64,000 bases of DNA from contig JAQCEO010000003.1 in the NCBI GenBank assembly GCA_027729805.1, forward strand, positions 6,302 through 70,301, written 5' to 3'. Both the position numbers and the translations under genes were made by a program. Each line of letters opens with the position of its first letter. Position 1 is the first letter of the stretch. Of this stretch, positions 1 to 10,467 are shown in pieces. Origin of the DNA: Actinomycetota bacterium (GTDB taxonomy: Bacteria; Actinomycetota; Actinomycetes; S36-B12). Below the pieces are notes generated by a model. That model made no database searches, was not told where the DNA came from, and saw only the letters and a list, made by a program, of their open reading frames with translations.

Positions 1-443
1 ATGAATGACTGCCCGCCAAAACCGGGTTCGACGGTCATGATCAAGATCATGTCCAATTCGGGCATCAGCTCTGCCACCGCAGAAATTGCGGTACCGGGCT
101 TCAAGCCAACGCCGGCCCGGGCCCCGGCCGCCCGCAAGTCGCGACACAATTGCACGGGATGTGCTGCGGCTTCGATATGAAAAGTGACACTGCTCGCACC
201 TGCTTCGGCATAGGCCGGTGCCCAACGATCAGGATCAGCAATCATTAGATGAGTGTCGGCAGGGATATCAAGGTGCTTGAGCAAGGACTCAACAACCGGC
301 ACCCCAAAAGTCAGGTTTGGGACAAAGTGATTGTCCATGACATCGAGGTGGATCCAATCAGCATGGTCAGCGACCCGAGCGACCTCGGCGGCCAAACATG
401 ACAGGTCGCTGTTGAGGACACTCGGTGAGATCAAGATTCCCAT
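1..443 (-). CDS. rpe: Ribulose-phosphate 3-epimerase, N-terminal ~147 codons (3' end lies beyond the window start)
   Basis: Not in the ORF track because there is no stop in the window. My translation of the minus strand from the ATG at 443-441 reads [21 protein letters not shown]...[18 protein letters not shown]...[15 protein letters not shown], which are typical Rpe blocks. It sits downstream of fmt-rsmB, as in many bacteria. Confidence 0.85.
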   Translation of the reverse strand, partial: MGILISPSVLNSDLSCLAAEVARVADHADWIHLDVMDNHFVPNLTFGVPVVESLLKHLDIPADTHLMIADPDRWAPAYAEAGASSVTFHIEAAAHPVQLCRDLRAAGARAGVGLKPGTAISAVAELMPELDMILIMTVEPGFGGQSF

Positions 444-482
444 GGGCAAAGAGTAATCGGGGTAGCAAGCCGGCAGCGGGGC

Positions 483-1832
483 CTAGCCGGTTTTGCGCAG
501 CAACGCGAAGAACATTGCATCGGTGCCGTGGCGGTGCGGCCAAAGCTGTACAAAGGGGCCGGAGCCCACATCACTGACCTCAGGCAGCAACTCCCGCGCA
601 TCCTCTACGACCACCCGGGGCTGCCCGGACACGAAATCAGCGATTACAAATTCGGTTTCAGCGAGGTGTGGTGAGCAGGTGGCGTAGATGATCACTCCCC
701 CGGGCCGGGTCGCCGCGACGGCGGATTTGAGTAGAGCGCGCTGAAGCGGACCAAGGGTTGCTAGGTCGGTCGGGGATTTACGCCACCTGGCCTCCGGGCG
801 CCGTCGCAAGGCACCAAGGCCGGTGCAGGGTGCGTCAATTAAGATCCGATCGAAAAGGTGATCCCCCCACGGAGCGTCGATGGCATCGCCGACGATGATT
901 TCCGCCGGGACTTCACCCAGTGCTCGCTTTAGTAACTGTGCTCGATGCGGATGCAGTTCAACGGCAGTGAAGGATATCCCGCCTACCGCAGCAAGACCTG
1001 CCAGGACTGCTGCTTTGCCCCCGGGCCCAGCGCACATATCCAGCCACGCATTTTCCGGCTGCGAAACCGCCGCCCGCGTCAGCGCAAGTGCCACCAACTG
1101 GCTGCCTTCGTCCTGCACCCCGACCGCACCACTCCTGACAATGTCAAGTGCATCTGGCGCGCCGCTAAGTAGGACCGCCGCCAACGGTGAAAATCGGCCT
1201 GGTGCTACCTCCGGGCGCACCTTTAGGACTTCGGGATCAATGCGACCCGGACGCGCAACTAAAACCGGGTGCGCAGGCTCATTGTCAGCAGCCAGCAGCG
1301 CGGGCAATTCGGCACGCTTTTCACCTAAAGCATCTTGGAAGGCCCGGACTATCCAGGCCGGGTGCGACCAACGCGCGGCCAAGCCTGCTACCCCACCGAT
1401 GGATCCAATGGTCGTGACCCAATACTCCAGGTCATGGGCCGCCACCTTGCGGAGGATGGCATTTGCAAATCCGGCCCGGGCTGAGGCACCTCCGGGTGAC
1501 CCCAAACTGCGCGCTAGTTCACACGAGGAGTCAACGGCAGCATGCGAGGGCACCCGCATGTTCAATAATTGATGCACCCCAAGTCGAAGGACGGCCTGCA
1601 TATCAGGATCAACATCGGCCCACGGGCGCGACACACAAGTTGTCAAAATCGCGTCGTAAAAGCCCTGCCACCGCAAGGTGCCGTATGCAAGTTCGGTGGC
1701 GAACCCAGCATCTCGACCGGTCAGCGACATTCGCGCCAACACTCCTGGCATGGCCAAATTCGCATAGGCATCCTCCTCGCGCACGCTGCGCAGAACTTCA
1801 ACGGCCGCCTTGCGCGGCGAGTCGACACTCAC
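483..1832 (-). CDS. rsmB: 16S rRNA (cytosine-C5) methyltransferase RsmB/Sun family
   Basis: 449 aa. NusB-like N-terminus, SAM motif DMCAGPGGKA, catalytic blocks DRILIDAPCTGLGALRRRPE and ATCS. GTGA overlap with the fmt stop. Confidence 0.9.
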   Translation of the reverse strand: MSVDSPRKAAVEVLRSVREEDAYANLAMPGVLARMSLTGRDAGFATELAYGTLRWQGFYDAILTTCVSRPWADVDPDMQAVLRLGVHQLLNMRVPSHAAVDSSCELARSLGSPGGASARAGFANAILRKVAAHDLEYWVTTIGSIGGVAGLAARWSHPAWIVRAFQDALGEKRAELPALLAADNEPAHPVLVARPGRIDPEVLKVRPEVAPGRFSPLAAVLLSGAPDALDIVRSGAVGVQDEGSQLVALALTRAAVSQPENAWLDMCAGPGGKAAVLAGLAAVGGISFTAVELHPHRAQLLKRALGEVPAEIIVGDAIDAPWGDHLFDRILIDAPCTGLGALRRRPEARWRKSPTDLATLGPLQRALLKSAVAATRPGGVIIYATCSPHLAETEFVIADFVSGQPRVVVEDARELLPEVSDVGSGPFVQLWPHRHGTDAMFFALLRKTG

Positions 1833-2758
1833 TGAAACATCGGCAACGAAGTGCGCAGCCCGCGAATCCAGGCACCAGCCGGCATCATTTTCGCACCCGC
1901 CGGTTGTACTAGATCCAGCCGCGCTGGCAAGGTCGCAGTACCAACCAAGACCGCGCCCTCGATAACTGCCACTTGCCCGGGTGGCAGCGCGATATCAGTT
2001 GTGACGCCCTTGGCCCCGATTGGACCAAGTTTGATTCGCTCACCGTCGAACATCGTCCATGGCCCCGGGGTCGGCGTGGTAGCGCGAATCCGCCGATCCA
2101 CACCAACCCACGGATCGGTCCACCTAATGCGGGCATCACTTGTCGAAAGTTTCGGGGCATAACTAATGTCTGAACTGCGCTGCGGGACCGCTTCGATCGA
2201 GCCGGCAGCCAAGGCGTCTAGGGTCGCCACTAGTAACTGCCCACCGGACACCGCAAGTCGGTCGAGCACGGCACCGGCGGTATCACCCGCTTCGATGGGT
2301 TCGGTAACGGTTCCAAATATTGGTCCGGTGTCAAGGCCAGACGCCAAGCTAAAGGTGGTCGCACCTGTCATTGCATCGCCGGAAAGTACCGCCCACTGAA
2401 CCGGCGCCGCGCCGCGCCAAGTTGGTAATAAGGAAAAATGCAAGTTAACCCACCCATGTTTGGGGATGCCCAATAACAAAGGTGGTACGAGAGCGCCGTA
2501 TGCCACCACCGGACAGCAGTCCGGCTGGAGCTCACGCAATTGCATTTCGAATTTGCCGTCCTGCAGGTTTGTCGGGGTGAGTACCGGTATGCCCAACCCG
2601 CTCGCCAGCACCGCGACTTCACTCGGTGCCAGCGCCTGCCCTCTACCAGCGCGGGCGGCCGGACGGGTAATGACCGCCACCACCTCATGGGGTGAATCCA
2701 AAATCACTTGCAGTGCTACCTCAGCGACAGCGGGCGTGCCCGCAAAAACACAACGCAC
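1829..2758 (-). CDS. fmt: Methionyl-tRNA formyltransferase
   Basis: 309 aa. VNLHFSLLPTWRGAAPVQ formyltransferase core and a C-terminal Fmt domain. def-fmt adjacency. Confidence 0.95.
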   Translation of the reverse strand: MRCVFAGTPAVAEVALQVILDSPHEVVAVITRPAARAGRGQALAPSEVAVLASGLGIPVLTPTNLQDGKFEMQLRELQPDCCPVVAYGALVPPLLLGIPKHGWVNLHFSLLPTWRGAAPVQWAVLSGDAMTGATTFSLASGLDTGPIFGTVTEPIEAGDTAGAVLDRLAVSGGQLLVATLDALAAGSIEAVPQRSSDISYAPKLSTSDARIRWTDPWVGVDRRIRATTPTPGPWTMFDGERIKLGPIGAKGVTTDIALPPGQVAVIEGAVLVGTATLPARLDLVQPAGAKMMPAGAWIRGLRTSLPMFQ

Positions 2759-2761
2759 TGG

Positions 2762-3307
2762 CTACAGCCACCGGGCCGACAGGGCATGTGGGCTCAGCTG
2801 CACCGTAGGAGCCGGGTTCCCGAACCATTCAGATTCACGCACTAGGCGCATGGCCTCGCGGCGGGCCTGCGGATCCAAGCGATCAATGAACATGATCCCA
2901 TCTAGGTGATCTGTCTCATGCTGCACGCACCGCGCCAGTAGATCACTACCTTCAATGACGATCGGCTCCCCATGCATATTCATGCCGCGGGCGACAACAC
3001 TTAGTGCACGTTTGGTGTCAAATGCTAGTTCTGGGAGTGAAAGGCAGCCCTCTTCCCCGTCTTGAATCTCATCGGACAACACCAACTCGGGGTTGATCAG
3101 GTGGCCAAGCTCGTCCTCCACCCAATAGGTGAACACCCGCAGCAGCACACCGATCTGGGGCGCCGCCAAGCCCGCACCTGGTGCGTTTTGCATGGTGTCG
3201 GTCAGGTCGGCCACGAGCTTGCGCAACTCTTTGTCATAAGTCTCAACGGCAGCGGCCGGCGTGCGTAGCACCGGATCACCGAAGAGCCGAATGGGTTGAA
3301 TTGCCAT
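2762..3307 (-). CDS. def: Peptide deformylase
   Basis: 181 aa. The three deformylase motifs are present: GxGLAAPQIG, EGCLS and HETDHLDG. Confidence 0.95.
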   Translation of the reverse strand: MAIQPIRLFGDPVLRTPAAAVETYDKELRKLVADLTDTMQNAPGAGLAAPQIGVLLRVFTYWVEDELGHLINPELVLSDEIQDGEEGCLSLPELAFDTKRALSVVARGMNMHGEPIVIEGSDLLARCVQHETDHLDGIMFIDRLDPQARREAMRLVRESEWFGNPAPTVQLSPHALSARWL

Positions 3308-3316
3308 GACCGGATT

Positions 3317-5374
3317 CTATGGCCCCGGTTTTTGTGCCCCGGTCATTGGTGGGCTTGCCTTGGCAATCGGCTCGCGGGGATCGAGCACCACATTGACCGG
3401 CTTACCCGTGCTCTTCGTTGCACGTGTTGCCGAAATCACCCGTAGTTGCCCACTCAACATCGACCCAAGTTCCCGGCGCACGACAACTATGCAACTGCCG
3501 TCCGTCGGGCCGAGGACTTGATGATCAACGGTCAACATCGATAAGACGTCACTGATGTCAGTAGGTGCGCCGTGCAACACCGCCATTCGAGTACTGGGGA
3601 GTAAGCCGGCGGCAACCCGGTCGGCAAGTTCGCGCTGGGCAAACCCGGGCGCATCCCAGCGAATCAAAGCCTGCACCACCGGCTCGGAGTTATCCGCGGT
3701 AATTACGAGTGGCGCACGGGGCTGCGCGAGCAGTGCCGCGCCGAACCATCGCCGAGCAGCTTCTACCGTTGCCTGCAGTTGCGGACGCTGCAATTGCCCG
3801 CGGGCATCTAAAATAATGACGGCGGCGTAACCCCCGTCGGCGACAGGTTCGGCGCCAGGTGTGGCAATAACCAAGGCGGGCGAGGCACTGACGTTTCGGC
3901 GCATGGCCGAGGACTGCGACCAGATTATCTGGGTCGAGGGAAATGCCCGGCCGAATTCCTCGGCGGTGCGTTCTACCCCAATTGCCACCGCACGCAAGTT
4001 CGTGTCACCGCAGACTTTGCATTTCCAATTAGCCGCAGGTACCCCACACCAAGTACATGCTGGGCTGCTCTGCCCAACGCCTTGCCCGAGTAAGCCACCA
4101 CATGCGCACCGTGCCGGTCTCCGACAATTTTGGCAGCTTAGGGTTGGTAGATAGCCGCGCCGCGGTACTTGAACTAGCACCGGACCCAACTTCAAGCCGG
4201 CTTTGGCCACCAGCCAGGCCATGTGCGGCAGCCGCGCCGAAGCCGCCGCCACATCGCGCTCTAGGTCATCTTGTTCCAGCGCTCTTACCATCGGCGCGGT
4301 CGCTGAAATTACTTCACGGGTCGGAGCCAATGACCTCGCCCACCCCTGCTCACACCAAAGCTGGGTCTCAACGCTCCTTGCCGGTGCACCAACGAGGAGG
4401 GCGCAGCCCTGTGCAGATGACCGGATGGCAGCTACGTCACGGGCGTTCCAATATGGCGCATGCGGTTCCCAAAGGGAATCATCCTGATCATCCCAGACCA
4501 CGATAAGCCGCAGATCTAATACCGGGGCAAAGACCGCAGCCCTAGTACCGATCACCAGCCTCGCCGCACCACGTAAACCGCGAAGAAACTCACGGTATCG
4601 ACGCTCGGGGCCTTGATCGGCCGTGAGTACCGCCGTGATGTCACGCAGTTCGGAAAGTTCATGCGCGAGCAAATCAACGTCATGTGCATCGGGCAGTACC
4701 ACGATCGCACCGCCAATCGACGGCTCAAGAACGGCGCGAACCAAGGCCGCGATGTCTTGGTACCAGGGCTGGGCCGGCGCGGCACTCCACACTCCCCGAG
4801 TATTCGCAGATTTACCACCCCGAAGCCGTCGAAACAACGCTGCCCCGTTGGTGTACCGGCCCCAACGAGCAACATCTTGATCTTTAACTTCAACCGCCAA
4901 CTCGGGTAGCTCATACTGCAAAGACTCCGCCCGGGCATGCCTAGGCGGGACTGCACTGCGTACTACATCGGAAAATGTCCCCGCATAGTGTTCGGCAACG
5001 GCCGCAACCAATTCAGCAAGCTGCGGGGTGAGAACGCGCTCACCGGAAAGCACGCGCTCAATAGGACGCAGTGCCTTGCCGGCAGTGCTGGTCGGCACCC
5101 GGCCGACCACAAATCCGGTTACCAATCTCCCGGCAAAGCGCACGCGAACCCGGACCCCTGGTTGCACCAAATCATCAAGTTGCTGCGAAATGGTGTAGTC
5201 GAAAATCCGATCAAGTTGCGGCAGCGGCGAGTCAATTCGAACTTGCGCGATCGGCGACACCGGCGCCAAGGCCACTGGTGACGGCGGCCCCTTTCGGGGC
5301 CTTCGCACGGGCGCCTTGCCCCCCGCTGGCAGTAGTACCAGTTGGTCTTCTGAGGGGTCGGTCGCGGGCTTCAC
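3317..5374 (-). CDS. priA: Primosomal protein N' (PriA) homologue with degenerate Walker A/B motifs
   Basis: N-terminal 3'-DNA-binding-like block ([13 protein letters not shown]) and a Cys-rich zinc-binding region ([14 protein letters not shown]...CTWCG...CKVCGD). The ORF-track start at 5422 overlaps metK by 52 nt. The GTG at 5374 gives a GTGA-type overlap with the metK stop and is preferred. Confidence 0.8.
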   Translation of the reverse strand: MKPATDPSEDQLVLLPAGGKAPVRRPRKGPPSPVALAPVSPIAQVRIDSPLPQLDRIFDYTISQQLDDLVQPGVRVRVRFAGRLVTGFVVGRVPTSTAGKALRPIERVLSGERVLTPQLAELVAAVAEHYAGTFSDVVRSAVPPRHARAESLQYELPELAVEVKDQDVARWGRYTNGAALFRRLRGGKSANTRGVWSAAPAQPWYQDIAALVRAVLEPSIGGAIVVLPDAHDVDLLAHELSELRDITAVLTADQGPERRYREFLRGLRGAARLVIGTRAAVFAPVLDLRLIVVWDDQDDSLWEPHAPYWNARDVAAIRSSAQGCALLVGAPARSVETQLWCEQGWARSLAPTREVISATAPMVRALEQDDLERDVAAASARLPHMAWLVAKAGLKLGPVLVQVPRRGYLPTLSCQNCRRPARCACGGLLGQGVGQSSPACTWCGVPAANWKCKVCGDTNLRAVAIGVERTAEEFGRAFPSTQIIWSQSSAMRRNVSASPALVIATPGAEPVADGGYAAVIILDARGQLQRPQLQATVEAARRWFGAALLAQPRAPLVITADNSEPVVQALIRWDAPGFAQRELADRVAAGLLPSTRMAVLHGAPTDISDVLSMLTVDHQVLGPTDGSCIVVVRRELGSMLSGQLRVISATRATKSTGKPVNVVLDPREPIAKASPPMTGAQKPGP

Positions 5375-6621
5375 ACCCCGGCAACAGTCCGTAAGTCCTC
5401 GGCGCGGTCGGTGCTCTCCCAAGTAAATGTGGGGCCCACCTGCGAACGGAGCGCTGGCTGATCTGCGTCAAGTAACTCGTTGGTACCCTGCGGGCGGCCA
5501 AAGTGACCATATGCGCTGGTCACCCGAAATATTGGCCGGAGCAGATCTAGATCACGAATGATCGCCGCCGGGCGCAGATCAAATACCTGAAGAATGGCGT
5601 CTTGGATGGCTTCGTCACCGATGATGCCGGTGCCAAAAGTCTCGACGAATACACCGACCGGGTGCGCTTTGCCGATGGCATAGGCGACCTGCACTTCGCA
5701 GCGGGTGGCTAAGCCGGCAGCAACGACGTTCTTTGCCACCCACCGCACCGCATAGGCAGCCGAGCGGTCGACTTTTGACGGATCCTTGCCGGAGAACGCC
5801 CCCCCACCGTGCCGGGCCATGCCTCCGTAGGTGTCAACGATGATTTTGCGGCCGGTAAGACCGGCATCGCCCATGGGGCCGCCGACCTCGAACCGGCCGG
5901 TTGGGTTGACAAGGAGCCGGTAGTCCCGGGAATCCAAGTCCAAGGTTTCCAGGATTGGATCAACAACATGGGCCCGAATATCTGGGCTCAGCATGGTGTC
6001 GAGATTGATATCGCGCGAGTGCTGACTGGAAACCACGATGGTGTCAATTCGAGTCGGTCGATCATTCTCGTCGTACTCGATTGTTACCTGGGTCTTGCCA
6101 TCTGGGCGGAGGTATGGCACTCGGGCGTCCTTGCGCACCGCTGTCAATTGCTCGGCCAACCGGTGGGCCAAGGAAATTGGCAGCGGCATGAGCTCAAGGG
6201 TGTCGGTGCATGCGTACCCGAACATCAGGCCTTGGTCACCGGCACCTTGGCGGTCAAGTGGGTCGCCACTGCCGCCCTCGCGCTCTTCGATCGCATCGTC
6301 TACACCTTGGGCGATGTCCGGGGACTGCTTGCCTATTGAAACCGAGATACCGCAGGACTCGCCGTCAAAACCCTTGGTTGAGGAGTCATATCCGATACCT
6401 AGCACCGTGTCGCGCACCAAGCGAATAACATCCGCGAAGCCCTCGGTGGTGACCTCGCCGGCCACGTGCACCTGCCCGGTGGTCAACATGGTCTCGACCG
6501 CAACCCGACTGCGCGGGTCTTGCCGAAGTAAATCATCGAGAATGGCATCGCTGATCTGGTCCGCCATTTTATCCGGATGGCCCTCGGTGACTGACTCAGA
6601 CGTGAACAAGCGCTTAGACAA
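5371..6621 (-). CDS. metK: S-adenosylmethionine synthase
   Basis: [27 protein letters not shown] and [19 protein letters not shown] blocks. The preferred start is the TTG at 6621, preceded by AAGGGGA with 6-nt spacing, giving (M)[10 protein letters not shown]. The track start is 6654. Confidence 0.92.
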   Translation of the reverse strand: MSKRLFTSESVTEGHPDKMADQISDAILDDLLRQDPRSRVAVETMLTTGQVHVAGEVTTEGFADVIRLVRDTVLGIGYDSSTKGFDGESCGISVSIGKQSPDIAQGVDDAIEEREGGSGDPLDRQGAGDQGLMFGYACTDTLELMPLPISLAHRLAEQLTAVRKDARVPYLRPDGKTQVTIEYDENDRPTRIDTIVVSSQHSRDINLDTMLSPDIRAHVVDPILETLDLDSRDYRLLVNPTGRFEVGGPMGDAGLTGRKIIVDTYGGMARHGGGAFSGKDPSKVDRSAAYAVRWVAKNVVAAGLATRCEVQVAYAIGKAHPVGVFVETFGTGIIGDEAIQDAILQVFDLRPAAIIRDLDLLRPIFRVTSAYGHFGRPQGTNELLDADQPALRSQVGPTFTWESTDRAEDLRTVAGV

Positions 6622-6689
6622 GTGATATCCCCTTACGGATGTCGGCAAAACCATTTATCAGACTCACGGGTGCGGCTTGAGTGTAATGG

Positions 6690-7907
6690 CTAAGTGCGTT
6701 TCCATTCATGCACCACGGCGTCCCAGACCGCATCGGAAATCGCCGCCTTGGTGGCCCGGGGCACATGCACCGAGGTGCCCTCGCGGCCTAAAATCGTCAC
6801 TTCATTTTCTTCTGCCCCAAATACCACTTGCCGCCCAACCTCGTTGACCACCAGGAGGTCACAGCCTTTACGGGCCAATTTGCGGTGGCCTAAGTCACTT
6901 AACTCGGTGGCATCAATCGCGGTCTCGGCCGCAAATCCCACCAGCACCGGTAGGTCACCCTCGCGGCGGCGCACCAATTCGGTCAAAATATCAACGGTCG
7001 CTGTCAGCTTAAGGTTGAGATCAGCCGGCCCATCGGGTTTCTTGATCTTGCTAGTAGCTATAACTTCCGGGCGAAAATCGGCCACCGCCGCCGCCATGAT
7101 GACCGCATCGGCGTCAACCGCCGCAGTGCACATGGCCTCAAGTAACTCCGCCGCAGAACTGACCGACCGCAAAGTGACCCCGGCCGGCGGGGCAACGGCT
7201 AGGTGCGCGGCCACCAAAGTCACCTGGGCCCCCCGGGATACCGCGGTGCGGGCCAACTCAACCCCTTGTCGCCCACTACTGATATTGCCGATGAATCGAA
7301 CCGGATCCCAAGCCTCGCGGGTGCCGCCGGCGCTAACTACCACGCGCCGGCCGGCTAGATCACCGGTCGGTTGTCGGCGCAGCACATCTTGAACCGCTGC
7401 GAGGATGGCCGCCGGCTCAGGTAACCGGCCAGGTCCGGAGTCGGCCCCGGTCAGCCGCCCGGTGGCCGGCTCGAGCACAATCACGCCCCTCTTTCGAAGG
7501 ATGGCGACATTGCTCTGGGTAGCCGGGTGCTGCCACATTTCAGTGTGCATCGCCGGCGCCAAGACAATCGGACAGCGGGCGGTCAGGAGCACATTCGTTA
7601 GTAGGTCATTGGCGATCCCGTGGGTGGCCCGGGCGAGCAGATCGGCGGTGGCCGGAGCCACCACCACACAATCGGCTTGTTGCCCTAATTTAACGTGTGG
7701 GACCTCATAGGGGTTCGCCCAAAGCGAGGTAGCGACCGGCTGCGCCGATAACGCCGACCAAGTCGCCGCACCGACGAAGTGCAGTGCCGCCTCGGTAGGT
7801 ACCACGGTTACGTCATGACCGGACTCGGTCAACCCCCTGAGCACCTCGACAGCCTTATAGGCGGCGATTCCACCGGCTACCCCAAGTACGACACGAGGCG
7901 ACGACAT
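6690..7907 (-). CDS. coaBC: Bifunctional phosphopantothenoylcysteine decarboxylase / phosphopantothenate-cysteine ligase
   Basis: 405 aa. N-terminal flavoprotein domain (GVAGGIAAYKAVEVLRGL) and C-terminal CoaB domain (FIGNISSGRQG). rpoZ-coaBC-metK synteny. Confidence 0.92.
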   Translation of the reverse strand: MSSPRVVLGVAGGIAAYKAVEVLRGLTESGHDVTVVPTEAALHFVGAATWSALSAQPVATSLWANPYEVPHVKLGQQADCVVVAPATADLLARATHGIANDLLTNVLLTARCPIVLAPAMHTEMWQHPATQSNVAILRKRGVIVLEPATGRLTGADSGPGRLPEPAAILAAVQDVLRRQPTGDLAGRRVVVSAGGTREAWDPVRFIGNISSGRQGVELARTAVSRGAQVTLVAAHLAVAPPAGVTLRSVSSAAELLEAMCTAAVDADAVIMAAAVADFRPEVIATSKIKKPDGPADLNLKLTATVDILTELVRRREGDLPVLVGFAAETAIDATELSDLGHRKLARKGCDLLVVNEVGRQVVFGAEENEVTILGREGTSVHVPRATKAAISDAVWDAVVHEWKRT

Positions 7908-7912
7908 CGAAG

Positions 7913-8185
7913 TCAGGCCGTCGCCTCGACTACCTCGATCGCCTCGGACTGCAATAGACCGGCATCTATCTCGCGAAGTGCGATCGAAAGAGACTTCTCT
8001 TGCACATGGGTCTCAACGAGGGGGCCAACGTACTCCAGCAAGCCCTCACCCAACTGCGAGTAATAGGCATTTATTTGTCGCGCTCGCTTGGACGCGTAGA
8101 TGACCAAAGAGAACTTCGAGTCGGTCTTTTCCAAAAGGGCGTCGATCGAGGGATGGGTGATGCCATCAGATCTTGAGTTACTCAT
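7913..8185 (-). CDS. rpoZ: DNA-directed RNA polymerase subunit omega
   Basis: 90 aa. [31 protein letters not shown] is the typical omega core. Located between gmk and coaBC. Confidence 0.9.
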   Translation of the reverse strand: MSNSRSDGITHPSIDALLEKTDSKFSLVIYASKRARQINAYYSQLGEGLLEYVGPLVETHVQEKSLSIALREIDAGLLQSEAIEVVEATA

Positions 8186-8735
8186 GGAGGCATGCTACCA
8201 ATGCAGCCGCACACTGGCCAACATCGGTATTGACTATGACCTGATCGAACTCTGGGGCCGCCGCCAATTCCAGCTCTGCTGCCGCCAATCGCTGGGCCAC
8301 CGCGGCCGGCGACTCGGTGCCCCTGCCGATTAGCCTGGCCTCCAATTCGGGCCGCGAAGGTGGCGCTAAGAACACCAGTCGGGCCTCGGGTACTCGACTT
8401 CGCACCTGCCGCGCGCCGGCTACTTCAATCTCCAAGATCACCGGTTTGCCGCTGGCTCGATGTTCGAGCACCGGGCCACGCGGGGTGCCGTATCTATTGC
8501 CCGCGAATTGGGCCCACTCGAGAAGTTCGTCCTGCTCGATAAAGCGATCGAACTGCTCATCATCAACGAAGTGATAGTCCCGGCCGGCTACTTCGCCGAC
8601 TCGCGGCGGCCTAGTAGTCACTGACACTGACAGCCAAACCTCAGGGACCAGCGCCAGCACCGCGTCCACGACAGTGCTCTTGCCAACTCCAGATGGGCCC
8701 GAGACAACTATCAATGGCGCAAGTCGCGGCTCCAC
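8178..8735 (-). CDS. gmk: Guanylate kinase
   Basis: 185 aa. P-loop [18 protein letters not shown] and YHFV blocks. The GTG start overlaps the pyrF stop by 1 nt. Confidence 0.93.
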   Translation of the reverse strand: MEPRLAPLIVVSGPSGVGKSTVVDAVLALVPEVWLSVSVTTRPPRVGEVAGRDYHFVDDEQFDRFIEQDELLEWAQFAGNRYGTPRGPVLEHRASGKPVILEIEVAGARQVRSRVPEARLVFLAPPSRPELEARLIGRGTESPAAVAQRLAAAELELAAAPEFDQVIVNTDVGQCAAALVACLHE

Positions 8736-9451
8736 TACTTCACATCCACGATACTGAATGCAATGTCGCGAGCCGCCTGTGCGATATCAGCTGCTCCGGT
8801 GATTGGTCGGCCGATTACCAATAGATCAGTGCCGTCCGCGATTGCTTGCTGTGGCGTTGCCACCCGCTTTTGGTCATCAACCGAACTGCCGGCTGGCCGC
8901 ACCCCGGGGGTGATCAACTGAATATCAGGTGCGACCACCGCCCGAATCGCACCCACCTCATGTGGTGAGCAAACCACCGCCCGCGCGCCGGCATTTGTTG
9001 CCAGCAGCGCTAACCGCACCGCGGCCGCAATTGACGGCCCGGTAAATCCAATGGCCACCAGGGCCTGCTCATCGATTGAGGTCAATATGGTTACCGCTGC
9101 AATTTTGGTATACGGCAAAGCTAGTGCAGCGGCTTCGACCATGGCCGGTCCCCCCGCCGCATGCACCGTCAATATCTCCGGTTCCAAATGGGCCACCGCC
9201 CGCGCCGCACCCGCGACTGTCGCAGGGATGTCATGGAGTTTTAAATCTAGAAAGATGTCAATTTCGCTGATACCAACCGAACTGGCCGCCGCACGTGCGG
9301 AGGTGACCGCGAGGGCACCATCGCGGCAGAAGACCTCAAGGCCAACTTTTAAGGTTGACACCACCGGGGCCACCGCCTGCGCCCACGAAACTAGTACGCC
9401 CAAGTTTGGTGCATCCAATGCCACCGCGATTGGTGCACGCTTATCTGTCAT
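8735..9451 (-). CDS. pyrF: Orotidine 5'-phosphate decarboxylase (short, type 1)
   Basis: 238 aa. [14 protein letters not shown] and LLVIGRPIT blocks. ATGA overlap with the pyrD stop. Confidence 0.92.
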   Translation of the reverse strand: MTDKRAPIAVALDAPNLGVLVSWAQAVAPVVSTLKVGLEVFCRDGALAVTSARAAASSVGISEIDIFLDLKLHDIPATVAGAARAVAHLEPEILTVHAAGGPAMVEAAALALPYTKIAAVTILTSIDEQALVAIGFTGPSIAAAVRLALLATNAGARAVVCSPHEVGAIRAVVAPDIQLITPGVRPAGSSVDDQKRVATPQQAIADGTDLLVIGRPITGAADIAQAARDIAFSIVDVK

Positions 9452-10467
9452 TCGGGTTCGGTTTCGCCTTCGGCCTCGAGTTCAAAAACATCTGCGCCGC
9501 GATGGCCGTAGGAGATCGCCTGGCTAACACTTTCGAATCCCCGATCAGCAAGTGCAAGGGCCAACTCATTTTGCACGCGAAACGGCGCTGACGGATCATT
9601 AAATGTCATGGTGCCTACTGAAACCGCGTTAGCACCGGCCAGAATGAACTGCAACGCATCAAGGCCGGTGCGGATACCCCCCACTCCAAGGATCGGGATA
9701 TCGGGAAACGCCTGGCGAATTTGCCACACGCAGCGAAGTGCGATGGGTCGAATCGCTGGCCCGCTTAGGCCGCCCGTCACCCCGGCAAGTGCCGGTCGCA
9801 TTGTCTCTACGTCAATCACCATGCCAAGAGTGGTGTTAATTACCGTCAACCCATCTACCCCCGCGCGTATTACCGACCGCGCAATCTCGGTGATATCGGT
9901 GACATCGGGGGAGAGCTTTGCAAATATCGGAGTCTGCGATTCACTTTGTCGGCGCACTGTTTGGATCACGTTGGCAGCCAGTTCGGGGTCACAGGCGAAA
10001 ACCTGATTTCGAGCATCAACATTGGGGCACGAGATATTGACCTCAATCGCACCTACACCCGCGGCGGGGCGCAACTTCTGGGCCAGCTTTCCGTACTCCT
10101 CTACGGACTCTCCGGCAATTGACACCACCGTGCGAGCACCACGCGATGTCAGCCAGGCTAGATCTTCTTCAATGAAGTCCTCGATTCCAGGACCTTGTAG
10201 CCCGATCGAGTTGAGCATGCCGCTTGGGGTCTCACACATGCGCGGGGTTGGCCGCCCAGAGCGGGCACGCAACATCACACTCTTTGTCACAATCGCACCT
10301 ATTTTGGTGATATCAAAGAACTGATCGAGCTCCCGCCCCGAGGCGGCGCATCCCGAAGCCGTCAAGACCGGACTCGGCATTGCCAGCGAACCAAGGGTGG
10401 CGGACATATCGACGCCTTGGGACATAACAGCCGAGCGGGCGGCGCGCCCGAACATCGCCCGACTCAT
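9448..10467 (-). CDS. pyrD: Dihydroorotate dehydrogenase, class 1B catalytic subunit
   Basis: 339 aa. PVLTASGCA, GLQGPG, SCPNV and GGI..G.DA blocks. ATGA overlap with the pyrK stop. Paired with the pyrK electron-transfer subunit, which defines class 1B. Confidence 0.9.
   Translation of the reverse strand: MSRAMFGRAARSAVMSQGVDMSATLGSLAMPSPVLTASGCAASGRELDQFFDITKIGAIVTKSVMLRARSGRPTPRMCETPSGMLNSIGLQGPGIEDFIEEDLAWLTSRGARTVVSIAGESVEEYGKLAQKLRPAAGVGAIEVNISCPNVDARNQVFACDPELAANVIQTVRRQSESQTPIFAKLSPDVTDITEIARSVIRAGVDGLTVINTTLGMVIDVETMRPALAGVTGGLSGPAIRPIALRCVWQIRQAFPDIPILGVGGIRTGLDALQFILAGANAVSVGTMTFNDPSAPFRVQNELALALADRGFESVSQAISYGHRGADVFELEAEGETEPE

Noticed and set aside
6622-6689. SAM riboswitch upstream of metK.
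   Set aside because: The gap to the coaBC stop is only 35-68 nt depending on the start chosen. This is too short for a SAM-I/II/IV aptamer, and no conserved aptamer sequence is seen.
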